A DNA stretch of 64,000 bases, from NCBI GenBank assembly GCA_902522015.1, contig CABYTX010000001.1:5003-69002 (forward strand), in the 5' to 3' direction. Position 1 is the stretch's first letter. Every line of letters starts with the position of its first letter. This DNA is from an uncultured Alphaproteobacteria bacterium (GTDB lineage Bacteria; Pseudomonadota; Alphaproteobacteria; HIMB59; GCA-002718135). Positions 49,575 to 58,003 of the stretch are shown piece after piece. A program made the translations under genes and the position numbers. The notes beneath the pieces are model-generated. The model was not told where the DNA came from. It saw nothing but the letters and a program-made list of their open reading frames with translations, and searched no databases.

Positions 49575-50675
49575 ATGAAAATAGTTAAACTTGAAACATT
49601 CACAAAACCATATGTAAGTTTTGTAAAAATAACAGTTGAGGATGGTTCAATTGGTTATGGTCAAATGTCAACTTATCATGCAGATATCACAGCTCAAATT
49701 TTTCATAAACAAGTAGCACCCTGGGTGTTAGGAAAAGAATATTTTGATTTCGATGATTTAGAAGATTTTGTCTTTGAAAGAGAGCATAAATTTCCAGGAT
49801 CCTATCTTTTACGTGCAATTGCTGGTTTAGATACAGCCTTGTGGGATTTGAAAGGTAAAATCGAAAGTAAACCTGTAGTCTCATTGATAGGAGGATCTCC
49901 AGGAAATTTAAGAATATATGGTTCATCAATGAAAAGAGATATTACACCGAATGATGAAGCAAATAGATTTAAAAAACTCTTTGATGAAAAGGGTGTTGAT
50001 GCTTTTAAATTTAGAGTTGGTTCAGAATGTGGAAGAGGGATCGATGAATGGGAAGGAAGAACGCCTAGTATAGTAAAAACAATAAATTCGACTCTAGATA
50101 AAAGTGTAATTAAGATGGTCGACGCAAACAGTTGTTATAGCTCTGTTCAAGCAATAGAAATTGGGAAACTTTTAGAAGATAATGATGTTACTCATTTTGA
50201 AGAACCTTGTCCTTACTGGAAACCAGAAGAAACAAAAAAAGTTACTGAAAGTTTGAAGATAGACGTTACTGGGGGAGAACAAGATTGTGATCTCAGAATT
50301 TGGAAAGATATGGTTAAAAGAAAAATTGTAAATATTTTTCAGCCAGATGTTATGTACATGGGAGGATTAACAAAAGCTTTGAAGGTCGCGAAAATTATTG
50401 AAAAGGGTGGTTTTATATGCACTCCACATACAGCTAATTTATCTTTAGTAACAATTTGTACAATGCATTTTTTAAAAGCAATAAATAATTCAGGTCCCTA
50501 TCTTGAATTTTCAATTGAAGGTAAAGATTATTATCCATGGCAACAGAATTTATTTTTAGGTGATCCTTTTAAAATATCTGATGGAATGGTTAAAATTGAA
50601 GATACTCCTGGTTGGGGTATAGAGATTAATCCTGATTGGTTAGAGAAATCAGAATATAAAAAGACAGAAATATAA
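49575..50675 (+). CDS. Enolase superfamily enzyme (mandelate racemase / acid-sugar dehydratase-like)
   Basis: 366 aa with metal-ligand candidates 'MVDANSCY', 'FEEPC' and 'GGEQD', plus 'FQPDVMYMGG'. Confidence 0.8.
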   Translation: MKIVKLETFTKPYVSFVKITVEDGSIGYGQMSTYHADITAQIFHKQVAPWVLGKEYFDFDDLEDFVFEREHKFPGSYLLRAIAGLDTALWDLKGKIESKPVVSLIGGSPGNLRIYGSSMKRDITPNDEANRFKKLFDEKGVDAFKFRVGSECGRGIDEWEGRTPSIVKTINSTLDKSVIKMVDANSCYSSVQAIEIGKLLEDNDVTHFEEPCPYWKPEETKKVTESLKIDVTGGEQDCDLRIWKDMVKRKIVNIFQPDVMYMGGLTKALKVAKIIEKGGFICTPHTANLSLVTICTMHFLKAINNSGPYLEFSIEGKDYYPWQQNLFLGDPFKISDGMVKIEDTPGWGIEINPDWLEKSEYKKTEI

Positions 50676-50679
50676 AATA

Positions 50680-51339
50680 ATGATTAAAAATATAATTTTT
50701 GATTTTGATGGAGTAATAGTTGATAGTGAGGTCTTAGCTTCTAAGGCATTTTCCAAATATTTTAGTAAATTTGATCAATCAATTAAAGAGGAGCAATTTT
50801 ATAAATATGCTGGAAAAAAAACAGTCGAAGTAATAGATTTATTATCTGATAAATATAAGATTGAAAACAAAGAAAAATTTACAAATGAAATATTTGATAT
50901 TGTTTCAGAAGTTTATTCTAAGGATTTAAAACTAGTTGATGGAGCAAAAGATTATATTGGTAAATCAGATAGAAATCACTTTATTGGATCTAACAGTAAT
51001 AAGGATAGAATTCTTGATGGATTGAAGCTTGTTGGGTTAGATAAATTTTTTTTAAGTGATCAGGTTTATTCATTCGATATGGTAAAAAGACCAAAACCTG
51101 ATCCAGATATATACTTAAAGGTTTTAAATGATAATTCACTTATTAGAGAAGAGTCAGTCATTATTGAAGATAGTGGCGTAGGTGTTAAAGCAGCAACTGC
51201 AGCAGGAGTAAGGGTATTTGGTCTTACTGCAGGAAAACATTGGCATTCAGATAGAGATACAAATGAATTATTTGACAATGGTGCTTTGAATGTATTTAGT
51301 GATTATGAAAGTTTAGGTAAGGCAATAGAGGAGCTTTAA
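50680..51339 (+). CDS. HAD-IA family phosphatase / phosphomutase-like hydrolase
   Basis: 219 aa with motif I 'IIFDFDGVIVDSE' and motif IV 'IIEDSGVGVKAA'. Confidence 0.85.
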   Translation: MIKNIIFDFDGVIVDSEVLASKAFSKYFSKFDQSIKEEQFYKYAGKKTVEVIDLLSDKYKIENKEKFTNEIFDIVSEVYSKDLKLVDGAKDYIGKSDRNHFIGSNSNKDRILDGLKLVGLDKFFLSDQVYSFDMVKRPKPDPDIYLKVLNDNSLIREESVIIEDSGVGVKAATAAGVRVFGLTAGKHWHSDRDTNELFDNGALNVFSDYESLGKAIEEL

Positions 51340-51798
51340 ATGGGGCCAGATGTAAAAGGAAATCCACTTTATATTTCAGTCTATCTTTTGATAGCCTCCT
51401 ATATTTTAGGTGAATTTATTTTTCCTAAATATCCACTGCTATATATTCTTAATCTTTTTGGATTATTAATTATAATTTTAATGCCAATTGTATTTTTTTC
51501 GTCAAGAAATGCATTTAATGCACATGAAGAAAAATTACCTCCTCAAACTGAAACAAATAGAATTATAAAAACTGGAATTTATGCTTACTCTAGAAATCCA
51601 ATTTATCTATGTTTTGTTTTATTTCATTTTGGTATGTTTCTTACTTTTGAAAACATTATGTATTTTATTTGTTCTATAGGATTATTTTTTTGGTTAAATA
51701 ATTTTGTAATATACGAAGAGGAAAAATATTTAAAAGATAAATTTGGGGATGAATTTGTAAGATATTGTAATTCGGTTAAAAGATGGATTTTTTTCTAG
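51340..51798 (+). CDS. Membrane methyltransferase family protein (isoprenylcysteine carboxyl / phospholipid methyltransferase-like)
   Basis: 152 aa, four hydrophobic spans, with 'YAYSRNPIYL' and 'EEEKYLKDKFGDEFVRY' resembling the ICMT/PEMT C-terminal motif. Confidence 0.6.
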   Translation: MGPDVKGNPLYISVYLLIASYILGEFIFPKYPLLYILNLFGLLIIILMPIVFFSSRNAFNAHEEKLPPQTETNRIIKTGIYAYSRNPIYLCFVLFHFGMFLTFENIMYFICSIGLFFWLNNFVIYEEEKYLKDKFGDEFVRYCNSVKRWIFF

Positions 51799-52655
51799 TT
51801 AAAATTTATTGAAGAAATTTTATGATTTTTTTCAAATTTAATAACGATCTGAGCTTTTTTATTTAGATCCTTCATCATCCATTTAGTTATTTTCTCATAA
51901 TGTTGAACAAAATATTTAATTTCATTTGGAGTCATTCTTTTTGATTTTTTGTTTTTTGATTGATTAGTTTTTTCCTGCTTTAACCTCCATTTGAAAACAT
52001 TACCAAAAGAGGATGTCTTCAAAAAAATAAGTTCATCGAATAATTTAAATAATTTTTTATATTCTAATTTTAATTTATTATTATAGAAATTTCTCCATTT
52101 ATATTTTGGATCTTTAATTTTTTCTAAATTATTTATATTTTTATGAAGAATTTTTTTTGGAATTTCTGAACTTCCACAACACCAACCTTCTAAGAAAAGA
52201 ATATCACATTTAGTTTTAGTTATTTTTGTTGATTTAGTCGTATCATCAATCAACTTATCAAATAGAGGGGATGTGATAGGGTATTTACTTTTATTGAATT
52301 GTTTTATATTTTTAATTAATTTTTTAATATCATGTGTTCCAGGAACACCTCGAGTTATTAACAATTGATGTATTTTATTTGATAATTCAGATCGTTGTTT
52401 TCTTGATAAATAATAATTATCTAAACTAAGCAAAAGTATTTTCTTATTATAAAACTTTTCAATAGTTTTAGAGATAATATTAATAAATGATGATTTTCCA
52501 ATACCCTGAGAGCCTCCAAATAGGAATTTTTTCGACTTACTAGAGCAAATATAATTTATGATTGGAATTAATTTATCTTCTATATACTTTTTGGAATATT
52601 TTTTATTATATGTTTTATGTATTTCTATTTGAATATAGTCTATTAATGCACTCAT
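51795..52655 (-). CDS. P-loop kinase (D-glycerate 3-kinase / uridine-kinase-fold-like)
   Basis: 286 aa with Walker A 'GGSQGIGKSS'. The resemblance to plant/yeast-type glycerate kinases is from memory only. Confidence 0.5.
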   Translation of the reverse strand: MSALIDYIQIEIHKTYNKKYSKKYIEDKLIPIINYICSSKSKKFLFGGSQGIGKSSFINIISKTIEKFYNKKILLLSLDNYYLSRKQRSELSNKIHQLLITRGVPGTHDIKKLIKNIKQFNKSKYPITSPLFDKLIDDTTKSTKITKTKCDILFLEGWCCGSSEIPKKILHKNINNLEKIKDPKYKWRNFYNNKLKLEYKKLFKLFDELIFLKTSSFGNVFKWRLKQEKTNQSKNKKSKRMTPNEIKYFVQHYEKITKWMMKDLNKKAQIVIKFEKNHKISSINFN

Positions 52656-52687
52656 TTAATATTTATTTATAAACAAAATACTTATAC

Positions 52688-53293
52688 ATGAAATTCCTTT
52701 TTGATTTAGGTGGTGTTTTTTTTGATTGGGACCCTCATTATTTTTATAAAGATGTAATTAAAGACAAAGAAGAGAGAGACAATTTTCTCAATAATATTTG
52801 CAATGATGAATGGAATATCCAACAAGATGCTGGAAGACTTATAAAAGATGCTGAAACTGATCTAATCAAAATTTATCCTGATTATGAAGATAAAATTAAA
52901 TTATATTATAAAAATCATCATAAAATGTTCAGAAAAATTTTTCAGTATTCAGTGGATGTTTTAGATGATTTAAAAAACAAAAAATATGAGTGTTATGTTT
53001 TGTCAAATTGGTCTTGGGAAACATTTCAAGGTATGGATAAAAAATATCCATTCTTAAATAAATTTGATGGCCTAATAATATCTGGAAAAGAAAAAATGGT
53101 TAAACCTAATGCTGAAATATATAAATTAGCTACAAGTCGTTTTAATCTAATTCCAGAGGAAACTGTATTTATTGATGATAAAAAAGAGAATATTGAGGCT
53201 GCAAAGAAACTTGGTTTTTTAACTATACATTTAACTGACCCTGAAATAATAATTCACGAAATTAATAGATTTATTAAATTTAAGCATGAATGA
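52688..53293 (+). CDS. HAD family hydrolase
   Basis: 201 aa with motif I 'FLFDLGGVFFDW' and 'FIDDKKENIEAA'. Confidence 0.8.
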   Translation: MKFLFDLGGVFFDWDPHYFYKDVIKDKEERDNFLNNICNDEWNIQQDAGRLIKDAETDLIKIYPDYEDKIKLYYKNHHKMFRKIFQYSVDVLDDLKNKKYECYVLSNWSWETFQGMDKKYPFLNKFDGLIISGKEKMVKPNAEIYKLATSRFNLIPEETVFIDDKKENIEAAKKLGFLTIHLTDPEIIIHEINRFIKFKHE

Positions 53294-54437
53294 AACTTTT
53301 GATATTTTAGTTATTGGTGGAGGTATTAATGGTGCTGGAATTGTTAGAGATGCATCAGGCAGAAATTTAAAAGTTTGTTTAGTTGAAAAAAACACAGTTG
53401 GCTCAGCTACTTCATCTTGGTCTACAAAATTAATACACGGTGGATTAAGGTATCTTGAAAATTATGAATTTCGCCTTGTACGTGAATCTCTCAAGGAAAG
53501 AGAGGTAATTAAAAAAATTGCCAGTAATATAACAACACCATTACCTTTTATTATACCTTATCAAAAATCTTTAAGACCTAAATGGTTAATTAAATTAGGA
53601 TTATTTTTATATGATAATATTGGTGGCAAAATGACTATACCAAAATCTTCAACTATAAATATTAAAAAGGAAATTCCTAACATTTTAAAAGATCCATTTA
53701 AAATTGGTTTCCAATATTATGATTTACAAGTTGACGATAAAAAACTCGTTCAGTTAAATGTTGAAGATGCAAAGAAAAAAGGTGCTATTATTATTCAAAA
53801 TAGAAAAGTTATAGATGCAAAACGAAATAAAAATATTTGGGATATAGCTTTAGATGATAATACTATACTTAAATCTAAAATTCTTATTAATGCTGCTGGA
53901 CCTTGGATAAATGAAGTTTTAAGTAATGTTATTAAATTAAATTCAAATAAATCAATTCGACTTGTAAAAGGTAGTCACATAATAACTAAAAGTCTTTATA
54001 GTCAGAAAAAAGCTTTCACTTTACAAAATGAAGATAACAGAATAATTTTTGTTATACCTTATAAAGATGAATATTCCCTTATTGGCACCACCGAAACAGA
54101 AGTCTTTTCACCAGAAAATCCAAAAATTGATGAAAGTGAAATTGATTATTTATTAAATTCAGTAAATAAATATTTCATTAAACAAATATCGAGAGATGAT
54201 GTGGTAAGTTCTTATTCTGGAATTAGACCACTTATTGAAGATTTCAAAGAAGCTTCAAAAGTTACTAGAGACTATATATTCGACTTAAATGAGGATGGTT
54301 CACAGGCACCATTATTAAACATCTATGGAGGAAAACTAACGACTTATAGAAAATTAGCTGAAAATGTTCTTTTAACTCTTAATAAACATATTCCAATAAA
54401 TAAGGAAAGTTCTTGGACTGCTAAACAAAAACTATAA
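53286..54437 (+). CDS. glpD: Glycerol-3-phosphate dehydrogenase (FAD, GlpD-type), lacking the C-terminal domain
   Basis: 383 aa with 'DILVIGGGINGAGIVRDASGRNLKV' and 'TKLIHGGLRYLENYEFRLV', collinear with GlpD. It ends at '...SSWTAKQKL', where full-length GlpD continues for about 110-120 aa. Confidence 0.75.
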   Translation: MNETFDILVIGGGINGAGIVRDASGRNLKVCLVEKNTVGSATSSWSTKLIHGGLRYLENYEFRLVRESLKEREVIKKIASNITTPLPFIIPYQKSLRPKWLIKLGLFLYDNIGGKMTIPKSSTINIKKEIPNILKDPFKIGFQYYDLQVDDKKLVQLNVEDAKKKGAIIIQNRKVIDAKRNKNIWDIALDDNTILKSKILINAAGPWINEVLSNVIKLNSNKSIRLVKGSHIITKSLYSQKKAFTLQNEDNRIIFVIPYKDEYSLIGTTETEVFSPENPKIDESEIDYLLNSVNKYFIKQISRDDVVSSYSGIRPLIEDFKEASKVTRDYIFDLNEDGSQAPLLNIYGGKLTTYRKLAENVLLTLNKHIPINKESSWTAKQKL

Positions 54438-54579
54438 TTGGTATCCCTCTTAAATAACTTTTCAAATTTGGTGGGCAGAAAAGTTTTATAAGAGGAATAC
54501 TTCTTATAGGAGGAAATAATATGAACCCTCTGCCCAACAATATATTAGTTTAAATTGATGATATTTAATGAATATTTTT

Positions 54580-54616
54580 AAAAAACGGGTGTATTGCCCC
54601 ATATATTAGGGGCAAT
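54580..54616 (-). terminator. Candidate terminator of the ABC ATPase gene
   Basis: The minus strand reads 'ATTGCCCCtaatatatGGGGCAATacacccgTTTTTT'. It has a perfect 8-bp stem, but a 7-nt spacer separates the stem from the T-run. Confidence 0.5.
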
Positions 54617-54632
54617 AATTAATACGATTCTA

Positions 54633-55712
54633 TTATTTAAATGCTTGTCCTGAACTATCAAATAACTGGCATCTCCCAGCAGGGAAACCAACTTTTACCG
54701 TATCACCAACTTTTATTTCTGAATGTCCTTCAGTTTCAGCAACTAATGGCTCTCCATCTTTTTCAAGGTATAGGTAAGTAACGTCACCAAGTTTTTCAAC
54801 AACAAATACTTTACTTTCCCAAGATCCATCTGCATCACCATTTACGACTAAGTGTTCAGGTCTAATACCTAGAGTTACTGAATCACCCTCTGAGGAGGAT
54901 GCTGACATCTTAGAGACTGATATTTTTGACATTCCCATAATATCAACTTCTGTAGCATCAGAACTTTTGCTTAATATTTTACTTGAAATAAAGTTCATTT
55001 TTGGTGATCCAATAAATCCACCTACGAACATATTATTTGGTCTATCATAAAGTTCTAATGGGGATCCTTTTTGTGAAACGATACCTGTATCAAGTACAAC
55101 AATATCATCAGCTAATGTCATAGCTTCTGTCTGATCGTGTGTAACGTAGATCATTGTTGCCTCTAGTTCATTATGCAGTTTTGCTAATTCAACTCTCATT
55201 TGAACCCTTAATGCAGCATCAAGGTTTGAAAGCGGTTCATCAAATAAGAAAACTTTTGGCTTTCTAGTAATTGCTCTTCCAATAGCAACACGCTGTCTTT
55301 GACCACCTGAAAGTTGTTTTGGTTTTCTTTGAAGATAATCTTCAATCTGAAGAATTCTTGCTGCCTCGTTAACTCTTTCATTAATTTCATCTTTTGATCT
55401 TTTTTCTAATTTCAAACCAAAAGCCATATTATCAAATACAGTCATATGAGGGTATAGTGCATATGATTGAAACACCATTGCAATATTTCTTTGCTTTGGC
55501 GGTAAATCATTAACTACTTGACCATCAATTGAAATTGTACCTGAATTAATATCTTCAAGTCCCGCTATCATTCTTAACATAGTTGATTTACCACAACCAC
55601 TTGGACCAACTAGAACTGTGAATGATTGACTTTTTATATCTAGAGATACGTCTTTAATTACATGGACGTCTCCAAAATATTTATTAACAGTATTTATATT
55701 TATATCTGCCAC
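54633..55712 (-). CDS. CUT1 ABC transporter ATP-binding protein (UgpC/MalK-like)
   Basis: Walker A 'GPSGCGKST', signature 'LSGGQRQRVAIGRA', Walker B 'VFLFDEPLSNLD'. The GTG at 55712 ('VADININTVNKYFG') sits 5 nt after AAGGAGG and is preferred over the TTG at 55763. Confidence 0.85.
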   Translation of the reverse strand: MADININTVNKYFGDVHVIKDVSLDIKSQSFTVLVGPSGCGKSTMLRMIAGLEDINSGTISIDGQVVNDLPPKQRNIAMVFQSYALYPHMTVFDNMAFGLKLEKRSKDEINERVNEAARILQIEDYLQRKPKQLSGGQRQRVAIGRAITRKPKVFLFDEPLSNLDAALRVQMRVELAKLHNELEATMIYVTHDQTEAMTLADDIVVLDTGIVSQKGSPLELYDRPNNMFVGGFIGSPKMNFISSKILSKSSDATEVDIMGMSKISVSKMSASSSEGDSVTLGIRPEHLVVNGDADGSWESKVFVVEKLGDVTYLYLEKDGEPLVAETEGHSEIKVGDTVKVGFPAGRCQLFDSSGQAFK

Positions 55713-55717
55713 TTCAT

Positions 55718-55724
55718 CCTCCTT
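55718..55724 (-). promoter_or_regulatory. Shine-Dalgarno AAGGAGG for the ATPase gene
   Basis: The minus strand reads 'AAGGAGGatgaaGTG', read directly. Confidence 0.6.
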
Positions 55725-55814
55725 TGAGCGATCTTTCAAGTGTATGAATACATCATCATACAAATATACTATTATTTAACGATAATTTAGATAAAAAATC
55801 AATAGTTTTTGATA

Positions 55815-56954
55815 TTAACCCTTAACTGATCCTGCCACTAATCCTCTTATGAAATACCTTTGTAGAGCAAAAAAGATAAATAAGGGAACTGTCATTGATA
55901 CAAATGCTCCAGTAGTTAATATTTCCCAATTTTCTCCCCTTGATCCTAGTAATTCTTTTAATTTTGCGGTTAATATTATTTCACTTGGAACTTGATCTAA
56001 GAATACTAAACCAACTAATAAATCATTCCAACACCATAAAAATTGTAAAATAAATATTGAGGCAAAAGCTGGTATAGATAGAGGAATAATTATTCGTAAA
56101 AAAATATCATAATGAGAAGCACCGTCAACTTTAGCAGCTTCCATCATTTCATTAGGTAAGCTTTTTAAAAAGTTTCTTAAAAGAAAAGTAGTTGATGCTA
56201 ATCCAAAACCAGTATGCGCCATCCAAACACCAGGATAAGATTTAGCCGCAACTCCAAATAATGCACCAAAATCATTATAGATTGTTAGTATAGGTATAAG
56301 GGACATTTGAAGAGGAACAACAAGAGACGCAATTATTATTGCTAATAAAGTATCTCTTCCATAAAATTTCATCCAAGTTAAGGAATATGCAAAGAAAGAG
56401 CATATTATTAAAGGAATTAGTGTTGAAGGTAATGCTACTGCCATTGTATTAACAAAAGCTCTGCCAATTCCTTCTTTGAATAAAACTTCTCTATAATTTT
56501 CAAAAGTAAATGCAGGAGGGCTTAATGATGTAGTAAATAATCTTTTACCTTTTTTCTTTTTAAATTCTGTTTTAGATCTCCATTCATAATTTCCATCTTC
56601 ATCAAGAAGCACTTCACTTTCATCTTTAAAAATTGCGACATCACCAATATTAAATTCATTAATTTTCTTTGAAGTAATTCCAAAACTTTCTATTTTTTTT
56701 CCTGAATTATCTTCAAATAACTTTCCTTTAATTTTGAAATAACCATCTTCTTCAATTTGGTTTTCCATTCCTGACATTCTATAAATTTCATTTACTTCTG
56801 TAGTAGTTAAGGAAGTCCACCATCCACTTATAGCTAATAAATCTTTATCTCTTAAAGAGCTAATAAACAGACCAAATGTAGGAATAATCCATATAATAAC
56901 AAAGAAGAGGAGTAATAGTTGAGATAATAAAGATGATATTGAAAATTTCTTCAT
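55815..56954 (-). CDS. CUT1 ABC transporter permease (UgpE/MalG-type) with a ~100-aa loop after TM1
   Basis: 379 aa with EAA region 'EAAKVDGASHYDIFLRIIIP'. Confidence 0.8.
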   Translation of the reverse strand: MKKFSISSLLSQLLLLFFVIIWIIPTFGLFISSLRDKDLLAISGWWTSLTTTEVNEIYRMSGMENQIEEDGYFKIKGKLFEDNSGKKIESFGITSKKINEFNIGDVAIFKDESEVLLDEDGNYEWRSKTEFKKKKGKRLFTTSLSPPAFTFENYREVLFKEGIGRAFVNTMAVALPSTLIPLIICSFFAYSLTWMKFYGRDTLLAIIIASLVVPLQMSLIPILTIYNDFGALFGVAAKSYPGVWMAHTGFGLASTTFLLRNFLKSLPNEMMEAAKVDGASHYDIFLRIIIPLSIPAFASIFILQFLWCWNDLLVGLVFLDQVPSEIILTAKLKELLGSRGENWEILTTGAFVSMTVPLFIFFALQRYFIRGLVAGSVKG

Positions 56955-57937
56955 TATATTTTTTGTTCCTGTCTATGTTTGTATAAATTCCATGCTAAGA
57001 TTGGTATTACACCAATCATAATAACAATTGCTAAAACACTTCCTCTTCCCGAGTCACCACCACCTCTAAACATCCAGTCGTACATTAAGTTCGCTAAGAC
57101 TCCGGTTTGCCATTCCCCATTAGTCATGGCAAAAATAATATCAAATATTCTTAAAACAATTATTGTAATTAAGGTCCAAATCACAAGTATCGTTTGTTCT
57201 AAATAAGGAATTATAATTGAAAAAAATATTTTTAATTCACTAGCCCCGTCAATTCTTGCTGCTTCAAGCATTTCTTTAGGTATGCTTCTTAATGCAGCAC
57301 TAAAAATAACTAAAGCTAATCCAGTTTGTATCCAAATCATAATAGCCATCAAAAAGAAATTGTTCCACATAGGTATTGTTAACCATGCTTGTGGCTCATA
57401 ACCAAGGGAAACAATTATTGCATTAAGTAGTCCAATTTGTGTATTCTCAGGTCCTCTATATTCATAAATAAATTTCCAAATTACACCAGCTCCTACAAAT
57501 GATATTGCCATAGGCATAAATATTATAGATTTTGCAATTGAACCCCACCAAATTCTATCAGCTAAGTTAGCAATTACTAATCCAAAAAAAGTGCTTAATG
57601 TTGGGACTACAAGTAACCATACTAAATTATTTAATATACTTCTTCTAAATTCAGGATCATTAATTGCCCATTTGTAATTGTATAGTCCCACAAATTCTCT
57701 TCCAAATTTATCATAAAAGCTAAGTCTAATAGTTTCAAACACAGGATATAAAATAAAAATAAATAAAACAATAAAAGCAGGCGTTATAAAAACTATAACT
57801 CTTATAGAATTTTCAAAATTATATCTCTTCAGCGTTTTATTGCCATAAATGTCTAAAATATAATTTGAGATATGAAAGTAGGCTATAAAAAATAACACTC
57901 CTAAAAAAACAATGAATACTAAATTCAGGATAGTCAT
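56954..57937 (-). CDS. CUT1 ABC transporter permease (UgpA/MalF-type)
   Basis: 327 aa with EAA region 'EAARIDGASELKIFFSIIIP'. 1-nt overlap (TAATG) with the downstream permease gene. Confidence 0.8.
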   Translation of the reverse strand: MTILNLVFIVFLGVLFFIAYFHISNYILDIYGNKTLKRYNFENSIRVIVFITPAFIVLFIFILYPVFETIRLSFYDKFGREFVGLYNYKWAINDPEFRRSILNNLVWLLVVPTLSTFFGLVIANLADRIWWGSIAKSIIFMPMAISFVGAGVIWKFIYEYRGPENTQIGLLNAIIVSLGYEPQAWLTIPMWNNFFLMAIMIWIQTGLALVIFSAALRSIPKEMLEAARIDGASELKIFFSIIIPYLEQTILVIWTLITIIVLRIFDIIFAMTNGEWQTGVLANLMYDWMFRGGGDSGRGSVLAIVIMIGVIPILAWNLYKHRQEQKI

Positions 57938-57953
57938 TAATGAGTAAATATAT

Positions 57954-57989
57954 AAAAAAAACAGGCGAACAAGTTAATTGTTCGCCTGT
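57954..57989 (-). terminator. Rho-independent terminator / attenuator between the SBP and permease genes
   Basis: The minus strand reads 'ACAGGCGAACAAttaacTTGTTCGCCTGTttttttt'. Perfect 12-bp stem, 5-nt loop, and a T-run of 7 or more. Confidence 0.85.
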
Positions 57990-58003
57990 AATTAATTGAA
58001 AAG

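Noticed and set aside
54521-54553. A 10-codon mini-ORF (MNPLPNNILV) with a consensus AGGAGG 7 nt upstream, in the glpD/ATPase spacer.
   Set aside because: No gene lies downstream on that strand for it to regulate. The SD-like purine run also forms part of the predicted stem-loop region. It is too short to evaluate without conservation or ribosome-profiling data.
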